Virus record (IMG/VR): IMGVR_UViG_3300047172_000080
Coordinates: 15,153 to 79,152 of that record
Source: a virus
Strand: one strand, 5' to 3'
Length of the DNA: 64,000 nt
A model generated the notes under the pieces. The model was not told the origin of the DNA, searched no databases, and saw nothing but the letters and a program-made list of their open reading frames with translations. Below, piece after piece: positions 1 to 8,409 of this stretch. The first letter of the stretch is position 1, and every line of letters starts with the position of its first letter. The position numbers were made by a program, and so were the translations under genes.

Positions 1-318
1 TATAGGGCTATTTACTCTATCACTAACTTCATTAAACTTAGCTCTGACACACTCACCTAAATCCAAGTTTAAAGCATTAGCAATATGATCCACGTAAGTA
101 ACGATATCTGCTAGTTCTTTGCCTATTTCGTTAATATCTATCTTATCCCCTCGTCTGAGTTTTTTAATGAGGTTACAGGCTTCTCCTACTTCACCAGCAG
201 TGGCACAACCCCAATCTGTAAGTGTCCAATCGCTACATTTATGAAAGTGTTTTTCACAACGTTCTACATTGGCTATTCTTAATTCTGCAAAATTCAACGG
301 TTTAACAACGTTAAGCAT
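1..318 (-). CDS. MazG-like nucleotide pyrophosphohydrolase (runs off window start)
   Basis: Manual translation from ATG at 318: MLNVVKPLNFAELRIANVERC...AGEVGEACNLIKK...GKELADIVTY...KFNEVSDR. The GEVGE and ELAD acidic motifs are typical of MazG. Not in the ORF track because no stop lies inside the window. Confidence 0.85.
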   Translation of the reverse strand, partial: MLNVVKPLNFAELRIANVERCEKHFHKCSDWTLTDWGCATAGEVGEACNLIKKLRRGDKIDINEIGKELADIVTYVDHIANALNLDLGECVRAKFNEVSDRVNSPI

Positions 319-526
319 ATTTTATATTAACTCCTGTTATAATTACATGTGTACCAAAAGTTATCATTGGATCAAATGTAGCTTCTTCATTTCTATTTAA
401 ACTAACTCCACTAGTGTTGCTTATCTTAAGATAAAGTTCTCCGGTTTTATCTTCTTTAAAAAAAGCAAACATAGGAACGTCTTCAAATGCTATTATTTTT
501 GAACCATCTTCTATAATTACTTTCAT
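311..526 (-). CDS. hypothetical protein
   Basis: 71-aa ORF packed tightly between neighbours. Confidence 0.6.
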   Translation of the reverse strand: MKVIIEDGSKIIAFEDVPMFAFFKEDKTGELYLKISNTSGVSLNRNEEATFDPMITFGTHVIITGVNIKYA

Positions 527-527
527 A

Positions 528-1055
528 TTATTCTATAATGACATCTACGATTGCGGGGTTATTATTAATATAATACATAGCTTCTCGTTCTGTTCTAAAA
601 AACAAATCAATAACAGGTAATCGGCCATGACTAGCTTTTCGTGATATTACATCTGATCCTGTATCCACAGCTACGACGCTATGCCCATCAGGAAGGCTTA
701 TATGGCTTCCATATGGTATTAGATTAGGATCTACAGCAGCACTAATTCCACTTTGTAAAGCAACCCCAGTTGAACTTTCCAAATGCCTAGAGTAGTAATC
801 ACTACCACCAGCACCACTTGCCCAGTAAGTTGTAAGTCTTACTTTAATGGCTTTAGGTTCTTTTTCTTTTGTTATTTCACTAGAAACATCTTTTTTACTT
901 TTAAGTAAAAAATGGGTATTTGGTGAAAATGTGTGATTACTAGTTATTACGTGGCATTTTGTATTATATACAGAAAAGCCAATGCTTTTAGCTTCTGTAT
1001 TGAATATACATAATACAAATAATATAACTATCGTTATGAATGACTTCATTCCCAT
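528..1055 (-). CDS. 3D (Asp-Asp-Asp) domain protein with N-terminal signal/TM segment, putative peptidoglycan lytic enzyme
   Basis: TTY...STG...AAVDPNLIPYGS...AVDTGS...VIDLFF motifs; hydrophobic N-terminus. Confidence 0.8.
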   Translation of the reverse strand: MGMKSFITIVILFVLCIFNTEAKSIGFSVYNTKCHVITSNHTFSPNTHFLLKSKKDVSSEITKEKEPKAIKVRLTTYWASGAGGSDYYSRHLESSTGVALQSGISAAVDPNLIPYGSHISLPDGHSVVAVDTGSDVISRKASHGRLPVIDLFFRTEREAMYYINNNPAIVDVIIE

Positions 1056-1070
1056 ACTGCCCCTTTCTGT

Positions 1071-1619
1071 TTAGGTTTCTATTTTTTCGACATAACTTAT
1101 CGCTTTATTAATGTGATAGTCGAAAAGCTCTTTAAGCGCGGTATTCTTATCCTTATCATCTGATTTATTACCATTTGGCATAATGACATCAGGAAATAAT
1201 TCAGGAGGACTAGACATACCAAAGTCATGGAAAATTTTACCTAAGTAAACGTTAATATCTCCATTAAATTTTATTGTATCATGTCTTATCAGATAAGATT
1301 CCGCTAAAGATTTAACAGCTTCTTCAGGAGTTAATATAGATACAATAAAAGGATCGACTGCAACATTAGATAGTAAATGAGAACAAGTCTCAAAAACATT
1401 CCAATTAGTTTCAAATAAATCAGATGTTAGAATTTCAATAGCTGCATTTAACTTATCTAATTGCATATCATTCAAGGACATACTGTAAGTTTTATCAATC
1501 TCACTTCTAATAACTTCAGGGTCCCATTCCAATGCTTCTGCACCAAATACAGATATAAAAACTATAAGCAAAGCTATAGCTGGTGCTTCTAAATCTTTAT
1601 ATACTTCGTTAATAAACAT
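1071..1619 (-). CDS. hypothetical phage protein
   Basis: 182-aa ORF, no recognised motif. Confidence 0.6.
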   Translation of the reverse strand: MFINEVYKDLEAPAIALLIVFISVFGAEALEWDPEVIRSEIDKTYSMSLNDMQLDKLNAAIEILTSDLFETNWNVFETCSHLLSNVAVDPFIVSILTPEEAVKSLAESYLIRHDTIKFNGDINVYLGKIFHDFGMSSPPELFPDVIMPNGNKSDDKDKNTALKELFDYHINKAISYVEKIET

Positions 1620-1656
1620 AATACAATTTTAGCCTATAACTTGAATGAAAGTCTAG

Positions 1657-1758
1657 TTAAACAGCCTCTAAGTCTTTTTCAAAAAATACAGAAATAACTG
1701 TCTGTATAAATCTTAGAACAGCAATCGACACTTTTACCCAATATAAAAAAACGCTCAT
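1657..1758 (-). CDS. possible small membrane peptide (33 aa)
   Basis: AAGGAG Shine-Dalgarno, then ATG at 1758: MSVFLYWVKVSIAVLRFIQTVISVFFEKDLEAV*. Fills the intergenic gap. Confidence 0.4.
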   Translation of the reverse strand: MSVFLYWVKVSIAVLRFIQTVISVFFEKDLEAV

Positions 1759-1766
1759 CTTACTCC

Positions 1767-2186
1767 TTATTTCTTGTTGTACTCTTCAAACTCTCCACTG
1801 CTAGTAGTATAGAACATTTTTTTAAAACCAACCTGTTCTAACAACGACTGACACCCTTTACAGGGATAACTATTATTTATTTTCTGATTTCTATCTATTC
1901 TAATATTTACAAATGTGATATCTGTACAATCATCTTTACCATACTTAATACAACCTTGTAGTTCAGAATGGGACCCTACAGTATGACCTATATGTTCATT
2001 TTGTCTATTAGAATAATTGTATTTTAAATTTTTAGCATTAGTCTTTGAATCATTGATTCCTATACTCAATATTTTACTTTTTTTAATTAAAAAAGTTACA
2101 TGATGATTTCTAATATCATCTCTATTTCTTGGTGCTAATGCTCTGGCTATTTCTATTAATCTGTTAAATTTCGAGGAGCCTATCAT
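1767..2186 (-). CDS. zinc-dependent cytidine/dCMP deaminase-family protein
   Basis: HSE (HxE) and PCKGC (PCxxC) motifs. Confidence 0.8.
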   Translation of the reverse strand: MIGSSKFNRLIEIARALAPRNRDDIRNHHVTFLIKKSKILSIGINDSKTNAKNLKYNYSNRQNEHIGHTVGSHSELQGCIKYGKDDCTDITFVNIRIDRNQKINNSYPCKGCQSLLEQVGFKKMFYTTSSGEFEEYNKK

Positions 2187-2222
2187 TGTTTAAAAATATT
2201 TCTGAAGAAAATTTTCTATTTC

Positions 2223-2288
2223 TAATGTTACAATTAAGGTTGATCGAGTGTATATTAACCCTGTTGATCAACCTTAATTGTAACATTA
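2223..2288. repeat. perfect 23-bp inverted repeat with 20-nt spacer
   Basis: taatgttacaattaaggttgatc (2223-2245) and gatcaaccttaattgtaacatta (2266-2288). Confidence 0.95.
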
Positions 2289-2401
2289 TCTATCATAGAA
2301 TCTGAATTAATGTGTATATTTTCTATAAAAGGAGCAGACTCATCAACACCTGCATCTTTAATTAATGAACACCATAATTCCATTGTTTCTGAAACAGTCA
2401 T
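2255..2401 (-). CDS. possible 48-aa hypothetical protein
   Basis: ATGA overlap with the upstream stop; MTVSETMELWCSLIKDAGVDESAPFIENIHINSDSMIDNVTIKVDQQG*. Confidence 0.4.
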   Translation of the reverse strand: MTVSETMELWCSLIKDAGVDESAPFIENIHINSDSMIDNVTIKVDQQG

Positions 2402-2958
2402 ATTTCTAAACTCCTGTCATTTTTAATAAAGGCGTCTCTTTGAGTAGTATCTACCTTAACTTTTTCTTTAACTCTACGTTCTACTGTAGAAACAACTGTT
2501 CTTTCGGAGCCTGGAATTGCTAAATCTACACCAACCCTATATCCTACCGTACCATCTGGATTAACAGACATAAGATTACCATTCGAATCAATAAGGGCAT
2601 TTCCTCTTTGGCTTACTAAAACAGTATTATTAGGAGGTGAATTTGTTGTTACTCTAAATACCGTTGTCATATTACTTATACTATTATCCAAATCTCTAGC
2701 CATCTCATTAACAAACATATCTCTAATTGTAGATCTAACATCAATATTTTGAGTCAGTGTAGCTGCTGTTAATCGTTCATCATTAATAGCTATTTTTTCT
2801 TGATTTGAAAATTGAGTATCTGCATAAGCTATTAAATCAGGAAACAACGAGCCTATTGTAGGGTTAATTAAGAATTCCCTTAAGACAGCCTTAGGGACAT
2901 GCATTAACTTAATACCTTTAAACTTACCTAAAGGACATTTATCATTACCTCTTAACAT
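2398..2958 (-). CDS. hypothetical protein with N-terminal DUF3820-like motif
   Basis: CPLGKFKGIKLMHVP resembles the (M)PFGKYKG...vP motif. Confidence 0.5.
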   Translation of the reverse strand: MLRGNDKCPLGKFKGIKLMHVPKAVLREFLINPTIGSLFPDLIAYADTQFSNQEKIAINDERLTAATLTQNIDVRSTIRDMFVNEMARDLDNSISNMTTVFRVTTNSPPNNTVLVSQRGNALIDSNGNLMSVNPDGTVGYRVGVDLAIPGSERTVVSTVERRVKEKVKVDTTQRDAFIKNDRSLEI

Positions 2959-2993
2959 AGGAGAACCATACCTCCTTCTAGAGGATTTTCAAA

Positions 2994-4022
2994 CTAAATA
3001 TGATTTATACCTGATAGTTCAAAAAATAAAGGTAAGTCAGAATTAGGCATAGTAGGAAGCACATCCCTTAATTCATTCGAATCTTGAGGATCTATATCTG
3101 CACCAAATGCCTGCTTATAAATATCGGTAGAAACTTTTTGAAGATCTTGCATCTTATAATAGTTTTCGCCTAGCTTAACTACATCTAAAACTTCTGCTAC
3201 TTTCTCTACACTCATACTAAAAATCTGGTCTACAGGATCACCTAGAACAGAATATTTATTATAATTATCATAGCAACCAGCCATTTTTTCCATATCATGA
3301 CAAGCTGAAGCTATCTTCATAAAGTCATTGATATCATCAAGGCCATCTACTTGCTCAGAAAGGGCCACGTAAGCGGTTTTAAACTCGGGATTAGGGTTAT
3401 GCTTACTTCTACGAATAAGCTCTGTCTTAACGTGTTCTGGATGAGCATAAAACATACCTGCATACTTACAGACTAGATCAGGTAGTTCATCCACACCTAA
3501 ATCAGTAGCATGTTTAACAAAGTTTTCGCAAATTTCTTGACGCCACTGAAAAGGAATCTTACGGTAATTTTGAATATATTGTTCAGAAGCGAGTTTTAAA
3601 TCCGAGGCAGTTTTAAACGGAAAAAGTTGCATCCCATCTCTTTCAAATACAACTTTTTCTGTATAATCCGCTGCTTCTTTTTTAAGTAATGATTCTTTAT
3701 AGTTTTTTAAATCTTCAGTAATTTCAAATAACTCAGCAGCTTTTTGTAAACGATTTTCGACTTCTGCAGTATAAGTTTTATTGTATCTTTCTTCTAATGC
3801 TGCTTTTTTGTTAATAAAGTGTACATAACTTAGATAAGTACTTTCCTTTGTATTCTTTGGAAAAGCCTTATTATAGACATCGGCAAAAGCTTCCTTAGGT
3901 AAACCACTTAAATCTTTAAGTTCTGCTTCTTGAATATAATCGGGAACATGTTCAGCCTTTTTTAAAAATCTATGGAGTTCTCTAAAGGAATAATCTGAAG
4001 TCTGATCAAAAGAAATTTTCAT
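2994..4022 (-). CDS. K-x-A-rich protein, possibly head-associated
   Basis: 342-aa ORF with about 15 K-x-A tripeptides, like the head-module proteins. Confidence 0.55.
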   Translation of the reverse strand: MKISFDQTSDYSFRELHRFLKKAEHVPDYIQEAELKDLSGLPKEAFADVYNKAFPKNTKESTYLSYVHFINKKAALEERYNKTYTAEVENRLQKAAELFEITEDLKNYKESLLKKEAADYTEKVVFERDGMQLFPFKTASDLKLASEQYIQNYRKIPFQWRQEICENFVKHATDLGVDELPDLVCKYAGMFYAHPEHVKTELIRRSKHNPNPEFKTAYVALSEQVDGLDDINDFMKIASACHDMEKMAGCYDNYNKYSVLGDPVDQIFSMSVEKVAEVLDVVKLGENYYKMQDLQKVSTDIYKQAFGADIDPQDSNELRDVLPTMPNSDLPLFFELSGINHI

Positions 4023-4059
4023 TTGTATTTATTAATGCCTGAAGTACATTTACTACTCC

Positions 4060-5358
4060 ATGTCTACCAATTTATCGAATTTTAACAGTAAAGTCAATCT
4101 AGCAAAAGTGGTTAAACAGTTTCCTGAATACAATGACTGGTTACTTCAAGAAGTTAAACCTTATGGTGAATTTGTAAGTAACGCTGATTTTAGTTCGGTT
4201 TGTAATATCTTTGATATTTGGATAGATAAAGATAAAAATCAATTATTATCATCAGAAATCGTGTTTGAGGATATTACAACTAAATATCCACATTTATTAA
4301 AAGATCCTGTTATTTTTAACAATTATAAGCAAAAAACTATTGGTGAAGCTGAGCGAATGGAAAAGCTTTGGAGAAGTGTAGTTGAACATAGCCAAACTGA
4401 ATTAAACTCAAAACTGTACCCTATTAATGAAAGTGGAGGTAAAATCAGTTTAGGTAAGTACTTTACTTACAGTGGTTATCCTGGAGTAGTAGAAAATAAA
4501 TTCGGGCATATATCTGAAAATACTAGAAACCTATTTAATACCATGCAGAAATCATGGTTAAAGCTTCATGGTTTTAGTAAACCTATTATTGTACCTTACT
4601 ATTATACTCCTAAACATATTTCTTATATTGAAGTATTTGATGCCTTGGATGAATCAACGTGGGAAAATAGACGAATACTATATAGAAATGAGTATGCAGG
4701 ATTTGCTGGTACAAGAGGGCATATTTTACCGGACTTTAAAGCCTTAATGAATAGGCAAGGATGTTTATGGAATTACACTTTAGACTACTGGAATAAGACA
4801 GTTGTAACCATAGATGAAGATTGTCCTATTTGGGTACTTTTACATATTTATAAAACAGCAAAGCTTACAAAGTTTGCAATTGATCCGCTGGATATAATTA
4901 AAGATAAAAATCTAGGTAGTTTAGTAGAACCTTATTTAAAAGATCTATCGAAAGAACAAGTTAGAGTTTTACAAGAGAAACTTGAATATACCGATTTATT
5001 AGATAAATGGAAAAACATTAAAAGTACCAGTTACGCAGTAGGTGACATTACGTACTTTAAACGCCCAGAAGGTTACTTCTATATTTATAAAGGCAAAGAA
5101 TTTCAACTGACTAATTTTAGTATTACTTTAGTTGATCGAATAAAAAAAGATGATAAGCCTTTTTATATATTAGATATAATTCAAGGCGATAAAACAATTA
5201 CATTTGAAATTCCTCAAACTAAATTTAATTCCAGGTTAGGACTTATTAATCATTTAAGAGAATTATTTTATGATTGTGATTTAGAGCCTCCAAAAATTTA
5301 TCAACCTAGTGGAGAGCATAAATTAATGAACTTCATCTTTGATTATTTTGATAGCTAA
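4060..5358 (+). CDS. hypothetical protein; the only long convincing + strand gene
   Basis: 432-aa ORF divergent from 2994..4022; no motif recognised with confidence. Confidence 0.7.
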   Translation: MSTNLSNFNSKVNLAKVVKQFPEYNDWLLQEVKPYGEFVSNADFSSVCNIFDIWIDKDKNQLLSSEIVFEDITTKYPHLLKDPVIFNNYKQKTIGEAERMEKLWRSVVEHSQTELNSKLYPINESGGKISLGKYFTYSGYPGVVENKFGHISENTRNLFNTMQKSWLKLHGFSKPIIVPYYYTPKHISYIEVFDALDESTWENRRILYRNEYAGFAGTRGHILPDFKALMNRQGCLWNYTLDYWNKTVVTIDEDCPIWVLLHIYKTAKLTKFAIDPLDIIKDKNLGSLVEPYLKDLSKEQVRVLQEKLEYTDLLDKWKNIKSTSYAVGDITYFKRPEGYFYIYKGKEFQLTNFSITLVDRIKKDDKPFYILDIIQGDKTITFEIPQTKFNSRLGLINHLRELFYDCDLEPPKIYQPSGEHKLMNFIFDYFDS

Positions 5359-5413
5359 ACGAAAGAGGAGTTGGGGCTACTGCTCCTTGCAATAAAATTA
5401 ATACCTAAGGAAG

Positions 5414-5438
5414 TGGATAGGAGTGACCCTCCTATCCA
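5414..5438. terminator. hairpin between convergent genes
   Basis: tggataggag/ctcctatcca perfect 10-bp stem with 5-nt loop. Confidence 0.55.
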
Positions 5439-5446
5439 AGAAACCC

Positions 5447-5632
5447 TTACTTCCCCTTCCGTGCTTCCAACTCTAAAGATCTTCTTCTTGCCGAATTATG
5501 CCAAAATCTTCTTGTTTCTGGTGAAGCATGTTCTTAACCTTCACCTTCTTTAAGTAATGCTATAATTTGTTCATTACTTTCCGCTGCTAAGATCCTCTGA
5601 CGTAGGCCAATCTTCGTTGGTGTTGTCTTCAT
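5447..5632 (-). pseudogene. small ORF interrupted by an in-frame TAA
   Basis: MKTTPTKIGLRQRILAAESNEQIIALLKEGEG*EHASPETRRFWHNSARRRSLELEARKGK*; internal stop at 5534-5536. Confidence 0.55.
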
Positions 5633-5749
5633 ATGGATTTAGGGGTTTACACTTTCTTGTTATATGGGGTTACTATCACTTTTAACTGTCTGTCTTCTTT
5701 ATGTGTGTGAGAGGGCAGATTAGTTAAATTGTCAAAAAAAAAGCGTTTT

Positions 5750-7060
5750 TTATCCAGTATATAGGTTTGATATCCCCCCTACATACTGGACTTTCTCTTG
5801 TGAGAGACATGTAGAAAGAGTACACTTCACAAAGTCGTGTAACTTATACTTCCTACCATGACTAATCGATGTGCATTAGCCATTTTCAGAGGGAACGTGC
5901 GTCATCACCGCATAACCTCTTATTGTTTGAATCTCCGTAGATTCCGCTCTATGCCTATTACGCTATTTATACTCGCATAGACGAGTTGGAAGAGTAGGTG
6001 CTTGCTACTATTGTTGTGATTTTCACAAACACCTACTCACTCCCGCAATCAACTAACTGGCAAATAAAACCGAGAAAAAAATAAATGTTATTGGTTACAT
6101 TGGTTTCAAACTACCTCCTGGAGTCAGGATGTTATGTTAAGCATCCTTAAATGGGGAAAAATGCAACGTGCTGTATCTTGGGGATACAACACGCTTAGTA
6201 GTATAGACCTGCATTGTCAGTCGTTTAGACGGCCAACCGCACGATCTTGGAACTTCTTCCATTTCTAGAAATTATTATTTATTCGCCCTTGCATGTGAGG
6301 AGAGTTTACTTAACTTCTCACATGCAAGGGTTTTCAGGGTTTCCAATTTCCCTAGCTTATTTTCTACTGCCCATAGAGATAACAAGCAAATTCATATGGG
6401 CGCTTCACGACTACTTGGTACTTTAATATTCAACCGTGAATATTGAATATAAAGGTTTTTGATGTGGAGATCTCTAACTCCAGGAAAAATCAACGCATTA
6501 GGAGAGCATCGAGTTTCTGTAAACTCTGTACTCAAAACTGAATTACTTTTTCAAGGTAGTCCTTCCTATTAGGACAATATATATATATATATAATTACTT
6601 ACTGCTTGAAAAGCTAGACAATTCCCCCGCTAATTCAGTATTTATGTGGCTCTATAAGATTTACTTTAATTCAGTAAAGCAGCCGCTTATAGCATAAACA
6701 TGTTTTTAGGTTCATGTCGTAAGTGAAGAGAATTTACCCCTCCTATCAGGCAATGATAAAGTTCTAAATGCTGCTGGTCCAGGTAACCCTTGGATTACTG
6801 CCGTAATTGCCAAACTCGTGTCCTACCACGGCGATGCGTCTAGATCAGCTATAATACACCATCAAGAAAACAGAAGTTCTCCATCTATTGATATACTATA
6901 TTTGCCATGCCGATCAAAATTATAGATTGAAGTCCACTTGTTCACACAACGCATCGCCTAAGCTCAAGCTATAGAAAAGCTCTTTTCGTAACTATTACTA
7001 GAATACGATTCGCCCAACAGCATTCATGGCATCGGTTCAACAAGTGGACTTCAATCTACA
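5750..7060 (-). ncRNA. candidate large (~1.3 kb) structured non-coding RNA
   Basis: No ORF of 60 aa or more. Near-continuous hairpins: 20-bp 6923-6942/7039-7058, 14-bp 6286-6299/6317-6330, 13-bp 5753-5765/5778-5790, 9-bp 5992-6000/6030-6038 and others. Stem mismatches are A-C on + and therefore G-U on the minus strand. Confidence 0.7.
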
Positions 7061-7091
7061 TAATTTATATAAGGGAAATCTTTTCTGACAT

Positions 7092-7244
7092 CTACTTGAT
7101 GTATGTTTGAATGTGGTTGTGTGAAAATCTCTCAATTTGTGGAGCACATTCAGCTTTAAAAGAACGAGTATTTGACCCTACATCTAGGTACATTTTAGCA
7201 CAAGTAGATGCCAGAAAAGTGAAACAGAAACTAACAGCTTCCAT
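7092..7244 (-). CDS. possible 50-aa leader ORF upstream of the structured RNA
   Basis: ATG just downstream of the promoter motif; MEAVSFCFTFLASTCAKMYLDVGSNTRSFKAECAPQIERFSHNHIQTYIK*. Confidence 0.35.
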   Translation of the reverse strand: MEAVSFCFTFLASTCAKMYLDVGSNTRSFKAECAPQIERFSHNHIQTYIK

Positions 7245-7251
7245 TACTTAT

Positions 7252-7293
7252 TATTATACCAAATATATACTGTTTATTCGGGGAGGGGAGGGG
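7252..7293 (-). promoter_or_regulatory. CCCC-N23-TGGTATAATA promoter, copy 1
   Basis: Extended -10 (TGGTATAAT) with a C-tract exactly 23 nt upstream; five copies in the window. Confidence 0.75.
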
Positions 7294-8001
7294 TTAATAC
7301 CCATTATACCCCCCATAAGCACAATTATCTTGTCCATTATTGCCTTGGACAGTATTAAAGGGGCGGGGGTATGAATTAGGAACATTACTGCGCTTATTAG
7401 CTGCCCCTGTTTCAATAGAATCGGGATTAGGACTAAAAGCAGCGTATTCAATATTAAAATATGACTTACCGAGAATTGAAGTTCTAGGTTTAATGCTAAT
7501 AGCTTGATTTACCAAGCCTACAGCCCACACATCTAACTCATAAGTACCTTCTAACAAGGTTCCTGTTACTGAATTAGGAATAAAAATGACATAATGGTTA
7601 CAATCTTTAGAATCTGTGTAGATACCGTTGTTTAATATACCTGCCCAAGTATAGGTGATAAGATATTGAGAAGCTTTAACAATTACATTCAATGTGTACT
7701 TGGTTAAATCTATAGGCTTTCCATCTAAATATAGAAATGCGTCATAAATAACATCTTCTCCCTGATACCATACAGCAGAAGCATGATCTGAGCCAATAAA
7801 GTTAGAGCCTGGAATTCCTAAAGTATTTAAATCAGATTGTGGAATATTAGGATTATTAACTCTAGGAATAAGTTTAGAAGTTATTGGTATACAATTATCA
7901 AGTGGAATAGAACCTGAAGTAGGAGGGCAAGGATTACTACCTAGTTCAAAAGTAGTAGGTTGTGCAATGTCTACTTCATAGTAAGGGGGAGTTACAGGCA
8001 T
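7294..8001 (-). CDS. putative virion protein with BppU-like/Ig-like domain
   Basis: YQGEDVIY...DGKPIDLT...T.TL.EG.Y.LDV pattern; last gene of the tail module. Confidence 0.45.
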   Translation of the reverse strand: MPVTPPYYEVDIAQPTTFELGSNPCPPTSGSIPLDNCIPITSKLIPRVNNPNIPQSDLNTLGIPGSNFIGSDHASAVWYQGEDVIYDAFLYLDGKPIDLTKYTLNVIVKASQYLITYTWAGILNNGIYTDSKDCNHYVIFIPNSVTGTLLEGTYELDVWAVGLVNQAISIKPRTSILGKSYFNIEYAAFSPNPDSIETGAANKRSNVPNSYPRPFNTVQGNNGQDNCAYGGYNGY

Positions 8002-8315
8002 GTTTGTTCTAATTTTTTTGTATTTATATTTTTTCTATAATAACACAATTTATCAATTCCAAGTATACTTTTCATTTTAAGAAAATCTTCAGGGGTTAAG
8101 CTGTTTAAAGCATTTTCCATTTGAGGGCGTAATTGAGCATAAGGGTTAACCTTATTTCCACCACATGTTTTGCACCCACCTTTAGAAGGAGTTGTTACTT
8201 GTTTAGATAGAACGTTTAATGAATTAAAGGCAGGTATGGTTAATAAGGCAGGCTTACTATTAAGTAGATGTGAAATTTGACTTGCAGATGTTATAACCAG
8301 AGTTTGCATACTCAA
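7992..8315 (-). CDS. hypothetical protein with CxxC
   Basis: GGCKTCGG motif. Confidence 0.55.
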   Translation of the reverse strand: MSMQTLVITSASQISHLLNSKPALLTIPAFNSLNVLSKQVTTPSKGGCKTCGGNKVNPYAQLRPQMENALNSLTPEDFLKMKSILGIDKLCYYRKNINTKKLEQTCL

Positions 8316-8361
8316 AATATAACACCTAAATAGTAAAAAACAAAATCCTTATTTTGTTTCC

Positions 8362-8393
8362 AATAGGGCTATGGATAGAACCATAGCCCTATT
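8362..8393 (-). terminator. hairpin downstream of 8410..8895
   Basis: 13-bp perfect stem aatagggctatgg/ccatagccctatt. Confidence 0.65.
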
Positions 8394-8409
8394 TATTTAA
8401 TGCCTACCT

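Noticed and set aside
5371-5553. 60-aa + strand ORF
   Set aside because: TTG start with no support; antisense to the more protein-like minus-strand frame and overlaps a hairpin
5600-5800. RNase P RNA-like words on the minus strand (GAGAAAGTCC, GTAAACCCC, ACGAAGATTGGCCTA)
   Set aside because: Spacing leaves no room for P15-P19, the P4 pairing is imperfect, GAGCAA is absent, and the last motif lies in a probable ORF. A cmscan run would settle it.
6577-6593. (TA)n microsatellite as a separate element
   Set aside because: Short and self-complementary; sits inside a larger stem of the candidate RNA
5750-7060. Group I or II intron, tmRNA, tRNA cluster or CRISPR array as the explanation of the non-coding region
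   Set aside because: No domain V or convincing P7 pair on the strand favoured by the G-U wobbles, no interrupted host gene, no cloverleafs, no regularly spaced direct repeats
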